Shown piece by piece: positions 51,200-64,000 of a DNA stretch of 64,000 nucleotides; the first letter of the stretch is position 1; every line of letters starts with the position of its first letter. The notes below the pieces were generated by a model, which had not been told where the DNA came from, did not search any database, and was given only the letters and a program-made list of their open reading frames with translations. A program made the translations under genes and the position numbers. Origin of the DNA: Vicugna vicugna (taxonomy: Eukaryota). The stretch spans positions 8,165,009 to 8,229,008 of the forward strand of contig MU058781.1 in assembly GCA_013265495.1 (NCBI GenBank), read 5' to 3'.

Positions 51200-52200
51200 A
51201 AACTTTCAAAGAAATAATATAAGCAAATTCCTAGTACTGTAAAACTTGAATCTCTGTATTGAAAGGATCTGTCAAAAATCCCAAACAGTGAATCAACAAA
51301 CAGTGAGTCACCCATATCAAAATATATTATGAAGAAATGTTAGAACATAAAACATTTATATAAAGAACAACTTCGACAACCAAAAATTAACAAAAGCAAC
51401 ATACAATGGATCAATATCTTAAACTTCTAAGGGCAAATGGCTTTCATCCATACTTCTATACCCAACCAAATGCTTAACAAAGCTTTGAGTGGGCTAGACA
51501 TTATGTCTCACGCAGTTTTTCTCCTGAAGCTACTCTAGGATACGCTGCACTAAAAAAAAGGGAATAAATCAAGAAAGAATAAGATAAAAGATCCCAAGAA
51601 GCAGGGAATGAAATTTAAAAGGGGGTGAAGGCTACTCCTAGGCTAATGGAGATAGGCACCACGCCAAGAGAGCAAGGCTAATATATTGAAGGAGAGTGGA
51701 AGGGCTTCAGGAAGTATCTCCAGGGAAAAAAATGGATTGATGAACTATCTTAAGGGATTGACCAAGTGAGAAATAATATTAAAAGGCACTTTAGAAACTC
51801 ATGAGAGAGTCTGGGAAGGGCTACCAATAAATACACAGAAAATTAGCAAATAGAAAGGAGAAAATCTAGGTTAAATAAAAGTTCAAGAAAAGAAATACTA
51901 TTATAGTAAATCATTTGACTTAATAGTGAATAATATTTAATAATAATGACAATATAAATATTGACTATTAGAAGGGTAGAGGAAGGGAAAGTAAATAGGG
52001 GGTTAAAAAAGTTAAAATCTGCCATAATCATAAGTCAACAGATAAGGTCTAGAATTGGTAAATCAAGAAATATCAGTAGAATATTAGGTAGATATATGGA
52101 GATAAAATAAACAGCAAGAAAGACTTGAAGTTGGTTGCCTTTGGGAAGCAGGAATGGTGAAGGTGTGGGAGTAGAAGGGAACAGAGAACTGTGCCAAAGA
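51200..52200 (+). mobile_element. HAL1 (half-L1) fragment
   Basis: ttctatacccaaccaaa...tttctcctgaagctactctaggatacgctgcac...gggaataaatcaagaaagaa...gacttgaagttggttgcctttgggaagcagga resembles the recalled HAL1 consensus. Confidence 0.65.
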
Positions 52201-52544
52201 ACGTTCTATGCAAGAGACAGCCAAGATCACTCCCATCCCAGGTCAACTCACTGGGCAACTTCTTCAGATGCGATGTTACTCTAGGCAGAGATACTGATCT
52301 CTTAGTGTTATAGATGTGGTACCTGGATACATACTACACAGACATTCAAGAAAGGGTGGGAGAAGCAATGCACCAGCAGTATTCCAGAAATTCTAGAAGG
52401 CACATGCTTAGGTTTCAATATTCATACAAAGCCACAGACTCCTTTCTAGGTTCCCTCCTTTGATGACTCACAGATTTTTACCTAATATCAAAACCACTCC
52501 TTGAACTTTCCCATGGCTCTGCCTGCTTCTTTATTTTCTAGTTA

Positions 52545-53580
52545 TTGAGAAATCATTGATAAACCTTACAGTACAAGTTTAAGATGTGTTTGAACATATT
52601 TATTTTAAAGTGATCACTGCAGTAAGCTTCATTAGCATCCATCATCTCATATAGATACAATAAAAAAGGAAAAAATTTGTTTTCTTTTGTTTAGAACACT
52701 CAGAATTTACTCTTAACTCATATATCATACAGCAGGGTTAACTATAGTTAATATGCTGTACATTACATCTCTCGAACTTATTTATTTTATAACTGGAAGT
52801 TTGTACCTTTGACCTCCATGCTCCATTTCCCCCTCCCTCAACACCCCACCTCTGGCAACCACAAATCTGATCTCTTTTTCTACAAGTTTGGTTTACAGTA
52901 TTTGTCTTTCTCAGTTTAACCTATTTCAGTTAGCATAATGCCCTCAGGTTCCATCCATATTGTCACAAGGCAGGCTTTCCTCATTTTCATGGTTGAATAA
53001 TATTCCATTGTGTGTATATATGTATATATGTGTTTATATAGATGTATAATCTATGATATATTTAAAATCTATCATACACACACACACACAAAATCTCATA
53101 ATTTCTCTATCCATTCATCCACTGATAGACACTTAGGTTGTTTTCACATCTTGGCTTCTGTAAATAAAGGTGCTAGGAACATGGAGGTGCAGATATCTTT
53201 TCAAATTAGTGTTTTGTTTCCTCTGGATATATTCCTAGAAGTGGAAGTGCTGGATAATATGGTATTTGTATTTTTAATTTTTTGAGGAAACTCCATACTG
53301 TTTTCCAATGGCTGTACCAGTTTACAATCCCACCAACAGGGCACAGGTGCTCCCTTTTCTCCACATCCTGCCAGCATTCTAACAGGCATGAGGTGATATC
53401 TCATTGTGGTTTTGATTTGCATTTCCCTAATGACTAGAGATGTTGAGCATCTTTTCACATACCTGTTGGCCATTTGTGTATCTTTTTCAGAAAAATGTCT
53501 ATTCTGGTCGTTTTCTTAATGTTTAGTGAGGTTTTTTGCTATTAAGTTGTATGAGTTCTTTACATATTTTAGATACTATC
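52545..53580 (-). mobile_element. L1 3' end
   Basis: ORF track [28 protein letters not shown]...; 3' UTR text ttataactggaagtttgtacctttgacc. Confidence 0.88.
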
Positions 53581-53594
53581 TCATAATAAAGTCA

Positions 53595-56395
53595 TGACAC
53601 TATTAATTTAAGGTGTACAACATAATTATTTGATATATGTATATATTGTGAAATGATTACCAAAAGAAGTCTAGTAAATATTCACCACCTTACATATTTA
53701 CAATTATTATTCTTATGATGAGAACTTTTAAGATTTACTCTCATAGCAACTTTCAAATATACAATATTATTAACTTTAGTCACCATGTTGTACATTACAT
53801 CCCCAGAATTTATTTTGTAACTGGAAGTTTATGCCTTTTGACCACCTTCACCCATTTCCCCACCCCTCACCTCCCACCTCTGGCAATCTCCAAGCTGCTT
53901 TTTGTTTCTATAAATTTGTTCTTTTTTTTTTTAGATTCTCTTTGTAAGTGAGATCATATAGTATTTGTCTTTCTCTTTCTGACTTATTTCACTTAGCATA
54001 ATGCCCTCAAGTTCCACTAATGTTGTCACAAATAGAAAGATTTCCTTCTGTGTTTTTTTGGCTGAATAATATTCCATGGGGGTGTGTGTGTGTGTGTAAA
54101 CATTTTCTTTATCCATTCATCTGTCAATAACATGTAGGCTGTTTCCATGTGTTGGCTATTATAAATAATGCTGCATGAATATGGGAGTGCAGGTATCTCT
54201 TCAGAATGGTGATTTCATTTCCTTCGAATATATACCCAGAAGTGAAATTGCTGGATTATGTCGTAGCTCTACTTTTAATTTTTTTAAGAACCTCCATACT
54301 GTTTTCCATAGTGGCTGAACCAATGTACATTTCTGCCGACAGTGCACAGGATTCCCTTCTCTTGACATTCTTGCCGACATTGTTATCTCCTGTCCCTTTG
54401 ATGACAGTCATTCTAATAGGTAGAGGTGGTATCTCATTGTTGTCTTTCTGGATTTGCATTTTCCAGATGATTAGTAATGCTGAGTATCTTTTCATGTACC
54501 TGTTGGCCATCTGTACGTCTTCTTTGAAAAAATGTCTAGTTCCTCTGCCCATTTTGTAATTCAGTTTGCTCATTTTTATACTATTGAGTCATATGGGTTC
54601 TTTATATATTTGGATATTAACCCAGTGTCAGATAGATGATTTGCAAATATTTTCTCCCATTCTGTGGGTTGCCTTTTCATTTTGTTGATGGTTTCCTTTG
54701 CTGTGCAGGAGCTTTTTAGTTTGATATAGTCCCACTTGTTTATTCTTGCTTTTGTTGCCTTTGTTCTTGGTGTCAACTCTAAAAAAATTATCCGCCAAGG
54801 CCGATGTCAAGGATCTCACCCCTAAAACTCCTTCTAGGAGTTTATGGTTTCAGTCTTACATTCAAGCCTTTAATGCATTTTGAGTTGATTTTTCTGTGGG
54901 TAATGTAAGAGAGCAATTATTTTCATTCTTTATTCATTCATTTTCATTCATTCAGTTTTATTCATTTGCATGTGGCTGTCCAGTTTTCCCAACACCATTT
55001 ATTGAAGAGACAGTCCTTTCCCCATTGCGTATTCTTGGTGTCTTTGTCATAAATTTTTTGATCATATATGCATGGGTTTACTTGGCTCTCTATTCTCTGT
55101 TCCATTTGATCTATGTGTTTGTTATGACAGTATCATACTATTTTGAGGAGTATAGCTTTGTAATATAGTTTAAAATCAGAAAGTGTGATTCCTCCAGCTT
55201 TGTTCTGCTTTCTCAAGATTGCTTTGGGTATTTGAAGTCTTTTGTGGCTCCATACAAATTTCAGAATTGTGTGTTCTGTTTCTATGGAAAAAATGTTATT
55301 GGAATTTTTGAGATTGCATTTAATCTGTATATTACTTTGGGTAATAGGGACATTTTAACAGTATTAAACTTTCCAATCCATGAGCATGGAATGTCTTTCC
55401 ATTTATTTGTGTCTTCTTCAGTTTCTTTCATTAATGTCTTACTGTTCTCAGTGCACAGTTCTTTCACTTCCTTGGTTAAATTTATTCCTAGTATTTTATT
55501 CTTTCTGATGCAACTGTAAATAGGAGTGTTTTCTTAATTACCCTATCTGATAGTTCATTATTAGCATATAGAAATACAACATTCTTGCATATTGATTTTG
55601 TATCCTGCAACTTTACTGAATTTCTTTCTTAGTTCTAAGAGCTTTTTTTTTGGTGGAGTCTTTAGGGTTTTCTCTATATAATATTATGTCATCTGCAAAT
55701 AGTGACAGTTTTACTTCTGCCTTTCTTATTTGGATGCTTTTTATTTATTTTCTTGCCTAAATGCTCTGGCTACGACTGCCAATACTAAGTTTAATAAAAG
55801 TGGTGAGAGTGGCATCTTTGTCTTGTTCCTGGTCTTAGACAAAAAGCTTTCAGTTTTTCATCACTGAGCATGATGTTAGCTGTGGGCTCACCATAGATGG
55901 CCTTTATTATGTGGAAGTACATTCTCTCTATACTCACTTTGTTGGAAGCTTTTGTCATAAGTGGATATTAAATTCTGTCAAGTGCTTTCTCTGCCTCTAT
56001 TGAGATGATCATAATTTTTATCCTTCATTTTGTTAACATGGTGTTTCAGATTGCCTAATTTGCAGATACTGAATCTTCTTTGCATCCCTGGGATAAATCC
56101 CATTTGATCATGACATTGAATCCTTTTAATATATTATTGAATTAGGTTTGCTAATATTTTGTTAAGGATTGTTGCATCTATGTTCACTGGGATATTGGCC
56201 TGTAATTTTCTTGTGGTGTCCTTTTCTGGTTTTGGTGTCAGGATAATGCTGGCGTTATAAAATGCATTTGGAAGTGATTCCTCTTCTTTCATCTTTTGGA
56301 AGTTTGAGAAGAGTTAGCATTAATTCTTCTTTAAATGTTTGGTAGAATTCACCAGTGTAGCCATCTGGACCTGGACTTTGGTTTGTTTGGGAGGA
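53595..56395 (-). mobile_element. L1 (3' half of ORF2 plus 3' UTR), degenerate
   Basis: FADD (gtcatctgcaaa, about 55689), [44 protein letters not shown]. Confidence 0.92.
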
Positions 56396-57099
56396 GCTGA
56401 AGTTTTCTTCATAGGGAGTGGAGTTTAATTAGCTTTTCTTATTCTAACTTCTTGAGATGAATGCTTAGCTCATTTATTTTCCTATCTTGTTCTTTACAAA
56501 CATGCACATTGAAGGCTGTGAACTTTAAGCCAGGCTTTCACTGTGTCCCACCCACCTGTTTTATTAGTAGCAGCAGTACCTTTGTAGCTTTGTATGCATA
56601 AGCCTGTATTTTATCACTTATTTAAAAAGTATTATTGGATCTACTATTATTTACATTGCATCCTGAGTCTCTAAATTGTTTTCTTTTATGCTATATGCAT
56701 ATATTTAATAAAAGAGGTGGGATTTCAGTTTCCCCTTGCCGCGAGGACAGCTGAGAAATCCATACACACCTGCCTATGCTTTCCATTCCCCCCCACCTTC
56801 GGTCTCCATTCTCCCCACCCAAATCCCACCAGCCCTCGAAGTTCTTCCTCAGCAAGGTTTTCCCATCTCTCCCTTCTCTGAACTCTTACAGTATTTGATA
56901 TCCATCTGCCTTGTCTTGCCTCTCCCTACTAAACTGTCTTACAGTGTGGCTTGTCTCACGTATAAGTGAATTTTAAATTAGCTTATTGTGATAGGTAGAG
57001 GTTCTGGATCTTTACATGTATCTCATGTCTCCCTCACCATGTTGCATGGTGCTAGACGTGTGACTCCCAGTCGTAACGCCACCAGACAAGGAAGATCAG

Positions 57100-57540
57100 T
57101 GTAACTGATGGGGGCGTGGCCAGTGCCTGCCCACATGCTGTCAGCGCTGCCCTTCCTGGAGGTGTAGCAGCTTCTGGTTGCAGTCCCCCTGCACCTCTGC
57201 TCGGGGCGCCTCTCCCTGCTGAGTGTGCTTGACCTGCCATGCTGCTGGAGCGTTGTTTCAGTGGCACATGAGTTAGTTCATCAATACCTCAGTCTCCTCT
57301 TCTCGGGTGGGATAACTCTGAAGTGTGCTTTACACTGTCTCCCAGGATTCCCAGCAGACTGAGCCCCAGGTGCCCACAGTGGAAATCTACCAATGAGTGC
57401 ACCCCGATTAGCTTCCATCCCTACGGTGTCTCACTTCCCCATTTCAAATCCTTCCTGGTATCGCTTCCCAAACCTAGTACTGTTATTTGGCATGAAATCT
57501 CCACCTCAGGGAGGTCTGCTTCCGGAAAGACGCAACCTGT
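57100..57540 (+). mobile_element. LTR16-type (ERVL) solo LTR
   Basis: gggataactctgaagtgtgctttacactgtctcccaggattcccagcagactgagccccaggtgcccacagtgg...tgtctcacttcccc...ggtctgcttccgg. Confidence 0.75.
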
Positions 57541-59530
57541 GGCCTTTCTGTCTTTCTAAAGGGATCATCCTCATGTGGAAATTAACAAGGCTTCAGAACC
57601 ATTCTAACCATGGTTTCTCCAAGCTAACAGCACAAGAAGAGTTTTTGATACAATTCTTGAAATGAATTTTGCCCCGTTTGGCGATACCCAAGAGGGCAGC
57701 TCGGGGTTCCAATGCTGACATTGTCATTCACTGTGTGTGTGTCCATAGGAAAGTTACTCAGTTTGTTCAGATTTTAGGTTCCTAACTTAAAAATGCATAG
57801 TCACATCTGGTCCCACTCACCTTGCTTTCTGGGTCTGGGAAGCAAAGGAGAGGCTGTATGGGAATGGGTTTTATGAACTGCCGATTACAAATAAAGTCTG
57901 GGGTGAAATGCAATTATCACCTCTTCACGAGCAACTGAAACTATTCTTGTGACGTTTAGAAAACGAATCACGAGAAACAAAAAGAGGAAAGGAGGGAGGA
58001 ATGAAAGAATAAACTTGCCCAAAAGATATGTTGCTTTCTAACATTTTTCCCTATGACTGAGGCATAAACCCAATTGTGAATTTTATCCAAGTGCCTTGTT
58101 TTGCTGAGAAAGAAGTGAGCTGGGAAGGGAAATGCAGAAAGAAAGATTAATGTACTGCATTGCTTGTCCAGTAATCTTGGCCCAAAAGAGGAAGATGCCC
58201 ACTACTTAACTCCCCGTGTGAACAGGACTGTTGGACACACCAGGGAGCTTTGAATATTTGCTACAATGCTTACCTATTTCTTTCTAAATTAATGAAACTT
58301 GCCCAACTGCCCCAACCATAATCCTGGAATGTCAGTGATGAAAGATAATACATAATATGCTTATCTATCCCTTTAGAAATTGGCCACTCGGAACTTATTA
58401 CCCAGGACACAAAATACTCCAAAGTTATAAGCCACGTAAGTTAGACCAGCAGAACCACGGGGTAGGGCGCTCACTCCTAGAAATAAAAGGACTCAAGGGA
58501 ACGTGAAGAAAAATATCAAATTGTAGCATGTTAGAAACGGAAGCAACCTTGCAGGTCAGCTTGTTTAATACTCACCTCTTATGGGTGAGAAAATTGATAT
58601 CTAAAGACCTGACATGGCTCCATATCACAATGACTTCATTATTTCCACAATATCACCATTTTAGAAATCTGTCACCTTAACTATTCCCATCAGGGCTTAA
58701 CTCATTTTTAACCTCCACAACTCTGACTGGCATTCTACGTAAGAGGAAGCACTGGCCCACTCTCTCCGCGGTCACACAGCCAGTAAGAAGCAGAAACTTG
58801 CCTTAAACAAAGCTATTTTGCATCCAACAGCAATGGTCCTTTCCATATACCCTCCTGTTTTTCTTGGTTTTAAGGTAGAGAGAGGATAGGGCAGTATTTG
58901 ACCTTACAGGAACAGTCATTAAAATCTGACCTTCATTCTGAAAGACTACCATTTACTGTTTAAAAGGAACACCAGAGGTTAAGGTGGAAATTGCTGCTTA
59001 TTCAGAGAGTGAGTGAATGAATAAATGAAGGGCTGAAGATATTAAGAGCAAATGAATGAATGAATGGATTTGTAATGCAACAGTTGCCTGCAATTACCTT
59101 AAATGTCCACAAGATGTCACTACTTTACACCACTTCAGAAAAGCCATCCACATTCAAATCGTATTCCATTTGATCTTTGGACTGAGATGATTTATCTTTT
59201 ATAATTGAAAGAAGCTCGGTCATTCCTAATGCCTTTTGACTGCTTCCTTGTTTTTTCTTAAATGTACCTCTAGAGAGACTGCGTAAACGTAGACTTTAAG
59301 TAAGTCCTGAGACTTAATATTCTAATGCTGGAAAATATTAACCAAGAAGCCATCCACTCAGTGGGTTCCCAGGCTGCTCCAAGGCTGGAGACCTTGCAGG
59401 AAGCCCTCCATCTGCTCAGCTCCAAAGCTCCTGTCAGCACTTTATTGTAATTCTACCGCGCTCAGTGCTTCAGAACTGAAGGAAGCAGTGATTCAGCAAC
59501 ATCCAAAAGACAGCACTTTGGGGTTTTAAA

Positions 59531-60361
59531 TTGTGCTTCCTTTTTTTCCCCCATCTTTCTGTTTTATTAGGTAAATTTGATACAATTTGCATATATACAA
59601 TATATTGCATGTAAATACAGATACTGCCCATATTTTTTTAAATTTACATACATGTACTGTTCATTGTTTCTAAGAATAGTTTAGAGCTGTAGTTTTTTAA
59701 ACTTACACAGTTATCAAAGGACTAAAGCCAATCACAAAATAACAATCAACAGAATGCGGTAATCCAGTCATAACGGACAGTCAAATGTGCTTACACGTAT
59801 TCAAGAAATCAGTCATCTAGGTTGTAAATAATAAGTAGTTCATGTGTGTTCTTTTTTTTAATATTCCATATATAAGTGATATCATATGGCATTTTTCTTT
59901 CTCTTTCTGGCTTATTTCACTTAGAATGACAATCTCCAGGCCCATCCGTGTTGCTGCAAATGGCATTATTTTATTATTATTTATGGCTGAGTAGTATTCC
60001 ATTGTATAAATATACCACAATTTCTTTATCCAGTCATCTGTTGATGCCCATTTTTTTGATTGGGTTCCTTGTTTTTTGATATTAAGGTGTATAAGCTGTT
60101 TGTATATTTTGGAAATTTGTCCCTTGTCGGTCGCATCATTTGCAAATATTTTCTCCCTTTCTATAGGTTGTCTTTTCATTTTGTTGATGGTATCCATAGC
60201 TGTGCAAAAGCTTTTAAGTTTAATTAGATCCCATTTGTTTATTTTCGCTTTTATTTCCATTACTACAGGAGCTGGTTCAAAAAATATATTGTTGTGTTGT
60301 ATGTCCAAGAGTGCTCTGCCTGTATTTTCCTCTAGGAGTTTTATAGTTGTGCTTTCTTCTT
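59531..60361 (-). mobile_element. Chimeric retro-insertion: internally deleted L1 fused to a polyadenylated non-L1 segment, bounded by a TSD
   Basis: TSD ttgtgcttccttttt (59531-59545) / ttgtgctttcttctt (60347-60361); minus-strand AATAAA at 59563-59568; L1 ORF2 C-terminus about 59822-60346. Confidence 0.7.
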
Positions 60362-61985
60362 GAAATATTTCTCACATTCTCCCTTATAAGGACTGAAATT
60401 CAAACAACTGTGGTGAGTTTATGTGTTATAAATGCGTTTAATACAGAGCATACACTACACTCATAATTCAGTTCAGGGCTGTTCTGTGCTTGCTTTTTGA
60501 GGTTTCTTCCCCAAGTCCAAATTAGAATCCAGTTTATAAGTCAGTATTTCAAGTTTTTACACGTTTTAAAAAGACCACAGTTATGTTAGCTAGATTTCAA
60601 CTTCAGCTGTATTGAGCGTTGACAAAACTTGTTCAATTTCAAGACTTTACTCATGAGATCTCTTGATGCAAAATCAGCTTGCGGATTATAGATTTGTAAA
60701 GGTCCCAGCAAGCTTTGAAGTTTTATGTACTTTATTCATGTTCTGAGGGATTCTTTCTCCTAATCTTTCCCCTAGTCGTTCTCAATTTTAGTTGAGAAAA
60801 AAATATATTAACAGCAGGTTGAGTCTGGCCACCCTAAGAAGGCAGTGAACTTCTGTTACAAAAAGTGAATCTTTTCTGCTTGGGAGTTTTTTGAAGGTGG
60901 TTCCACTTGATAGACCAAAAGAGTTGTTTCACTTTCCAGGCTCCTATTTCCTTCCCCAACACTCCTGCTTCCTGAGGGGCTCTGCGGAGTCACTTAGCAG
61001 GCAGAGCAGGTGGTGGGTGAAATGGCCTGGAGGAGGCGGCCTCGGCTTCCCACGCGCTGATGGGTCATGGGATGAGTCAAAGTAATTTCTTAAAGAGCTA
61101 AAGTTAGCAATTTATTTACCTGTGAAAAATTAACTAAATTATTAGACCATGCTAGCGTCAACCCCCATTACAGCCTCACTGGTTCTCGCTCCTCGGTGTG
61201 CTCACTGGAGCAGAAGAGAAAGGGATGGAGGATTTAATGGCTCGAGGACACGCTCACGCCGTAAAGTTAAGTAAAAAATAAAATCCCAAACTCTGCAGGA
61301 AGTATTAGGCTTTTGTCAAAATAAGTACCTCTAAAAAGAATAAGAAAAATGTAACTATAAGAGAAAAACTATAAATATAATAAAATGTCAACAGGTGCTG
61401 GGATTCTGGGGGCTTTTAGTCTTTTCATGAGTTTAACAATTTTCTGGAAGGAATATTTTTAATGAAGCAACAACCAGGGTCCACCAAGGAGCGGCGGTTG
61501 TTTTCTAAAACTCTGGTGCACTCATTCGCAAAAGAGCATGCAGCTATCAGAAACAGCCTTTGGGAAGTGTATGGAACAACGTGGAGAAGTGCTCGTGGCA
61601 TTTCCGCAAAGCCAGATGCGGGGGGCAGAACCTCTCTGGAAGGCTGTAGCCGAAGGAGGTGACAGTGGCTGCCTCCAGGGAACGGAGCAGGAGCACCGAG
61701 GGCAGGCCTAGGAGGGAGAATCCTTCTTCTATGTGTGGTTTTGCGAGGTGGTCAGATCGGCACCAATCAAGAGTCCAGTATACCTGGTCTGATGAGAATG
61801 TGGACAATGTTACACATTGCAGGGCAAGGGGGATTCCTGTAGCCGCGCAGAGAACAGTGACACGGAGGCAGGCTGCAAGGCCATTCCCTGTATCCACCTC
61901 CTCACCCACGCATGCGCAGAGAAGCACAGAAGTCTGCTCGCTCCAGCGTGGTTCATCGCCGTGGGAACGGAACAGCCTGAAGGTC

Positions 61986-62360
61986 TGTGATGGGCTGAGT
62001 CCCGTCCTCCCTACATCCCTGTGCTGAAGTCCTCACCCCCAGCACTCCCAAATGGGATGGGCTACATTTGGAAACAGGCTCTTTAACGAGTTATTAAGTG
62101 GAGCTGAAGTTAATAGGGGTGGACTCTAATCCAGCATGCTTGTTGTCCTTGTAAGAGGTGCGAGCACAGACAGGCAGAGAGAAGCCCACGTGAAGAGGAG
62201 CAGGCGGCCGTCTCAGAGGCAAGGAGGGAGGCCTCAGAAGACACCAGCCCTGCCATACCTTGATCTTGAAGTTAGGCCTCCAGACTGTGAGACAGTCCAA
62301 CTTTCCACTGTCGAAGCCCCCTAGTCTGTGGGACTTTGGGATGGCAGCCCAAGCAGATAG
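61986..62360 (+). mobile_element. MaLR solo LTR (MLT1B-like)
   Basis: tgtgatgggctga...gaagtcctcacccccag...atttggaaacagg...gggtggactctaatcca...gaggcctcagaagacaccagccctgcc...ccttgatctt...gcctccagactgtgagac...gatggcagcccaagcaga. Confidence 0.85.
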
Positions 62361-64000
62361 TCTGTTAGCAAGGGATGGATGAATAAAACCTTGGGTACAA
62401 CAGAACCACTAATTACCAAAGCTGTAAAGATCCCAGCAGCACGGACTCCAGTGAGCGGACACCCCGGGACTCAGTTCCAGCAATGCTGGTCCCGGCCCCC
62501 CTGCACTCCAGTGGCCAGAAGGGCTCGGTCCAGCACCCTGTTCACGGGGAGCCCGACACTGAAGGACAGGGGAACGTGGAGACCTGGGTTGTGACTAGGG
62601 CCATGTATAGGGCTGGCCTCTAAACTCAGGGGCCAGAACCTCACACCCCAGAGAAACAGTCCTGCCCTCACTTGTTCAACGAACGGTTGACTCCAGTTCC
62701 CGTGTGAATCAGGGCCTCGCTAGATATGAAGATATAAACACGCCTCGTGGTCGGCAGGCAGCCGGCAGTCTGGTCGGGGAGAGACGAATGGAATCAGGTC
62801 ACCCAGGACTCGAGGGGTTATTGGGCAGAGGCCAGTGGGGGAAGACATCACAGTGAACGCGGCATCTTCCACGTTCTACTTCCTCTGCTGGAAAGGCCTC
62901 TCAAGTTTTGCTCGCTCAAAAAAGGCAGGTCTTCAGGCGGTAACAGTAACAGGTACGGAGGCAGAGTCCCCAGTGTCCCGGCTGCGGGGACAGGGCTGGA
63001 AGTGGGCAGCCACACTGAGGGCGGAAGCAGGCTGGTTAGGGTCAGAGGGGTAGGGGACGCGGTGTGTGCTAGACAGTGGGAGACAGCAGAAGTCTGTATG
63101 AAGAGGACGGGCTTGCTGGGCTGTCCGGGGAGATTCTCTGGCGGCAGCGTGGAGAAGATGGGGGGGAGAAGGGGCTGGTGATCAGGCAGGAAACTTGTTC
63201 CAGCTACTGAGGCTTTTCGGGGCCAGTGCACAGAGAGACAGTTGCAACCCACCCGGGGCTGCAGCTGGAAATGCTGAAAGGTCGTTTTGCCTGCGAAACA
63301 CGAGACAATGGACAGAAAGTCCACAATGAATGGATGATTGTCGCTGGCAACTGCTTAGACTGCGTATATTTGAATGTCAAAAGTGCTTATTCCGATGATT
63401 TGCTTTGAAAACAAAAGAGGCCATTTGATCCTCAGGGCGCTGTGGGTCCAGAAAGGCACAGAGAAAAAGTGCTGTAGTGTCCAGAAAAGCGCTCCCCATC
63501 TGCCTCCACTGGTTGGATCAGCAGTTCTGGAAAAACTGTGAGGTGGCCTGGAAACTGACATGATGCCATGGCACGTGGAGGCTAACTGATACCGAGGGGA
63601 TGCAGGTGTCTGGGTTCCATGCCGAAACACCCAGCGCTCACCTGTACGCTCGTTCTCAGGCCTTAGACGGCCATGCTCGTCTGAGAAGTTGAGAAGAAAA
63701 CTTCAGAGGGCTCCACTCAGTCCTGTTTGTTGCAGGTCGTGCCACTGCTGGAAGAAGTGTACATCCCTGCGGGGGGTACAGACCCTGCTGGAACGAGAGA
63801 ATGTCCTTCTACCCTCAGCTCCGCTACAGGAGAGCTTTGTGATGCCTCAGACAGGTCATGACACTCCCAGGGCCTTAGTTACCGCAGATGTAGGGGGAAA
63901 AAAGCCAGGAGCTCCCAAAACGGAGATAGGATCCCTAGGCGTAACTCCAAACCAACCGAATCAAAGTGTCTGAGGACTGGGACCCTGGGGTCTGTTCGTA

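Noticed and set aside
62747..63324. 144-aa and 158-aa ORFs on opposite strands
   Set aside because: Purine-skewed, GC-rich, L2-like or low-complexity DNA with few stops; no protein similarity recognised
1..64000. CRISPR array, prokaryotic operon or other novel multi-gene system
   Set aside because: No regularly spaced direct repeats and no gene-dense coding structure; sequence is typical eutherian non-coding DNA

Overview
Non-coding mammalian genomic DNA, almost certainly from a camelid: two tRNA-derived Vic-1-type SINEs are present, and I saw no Alu, Bov-A/BovB, PRE1 or Can-SINE. I found no credible protein-coding gene, RNA gene or prokaryotic system. The ORFs in the track are L1 ORF2 remnants or random. 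The window holds dense eutherian interspersed repeats: MIR, L2, MaLR MLT1 LTRs, ERVL MLT2/LTR16 LTRs, MER5, HAL1, a truncated MER34/MER4-group ERV1 and a nested L1 cluster at about 43.9-56.4 kb. Between them are unique stretches that look like a developmental regulatory landscape (intron or gene desert). These include homeodomain/TALE/GATA/SOX motif clusters at about 13.2-13.9, 32.6-32.9 and 41.5-42.1 kb and a perfect CTCF core at 25554. The most unusual structures are retrotranspositional: a TSD-bounded L1/non-L1 chimeric retrocopy (59531-60361) and an L1 with a 24-bp 3' transduction (37106-37867). Repeat family names come from recalled consensus sequences rather than a search, and boundaries are approximate. 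I do not see a convincing new biological system.
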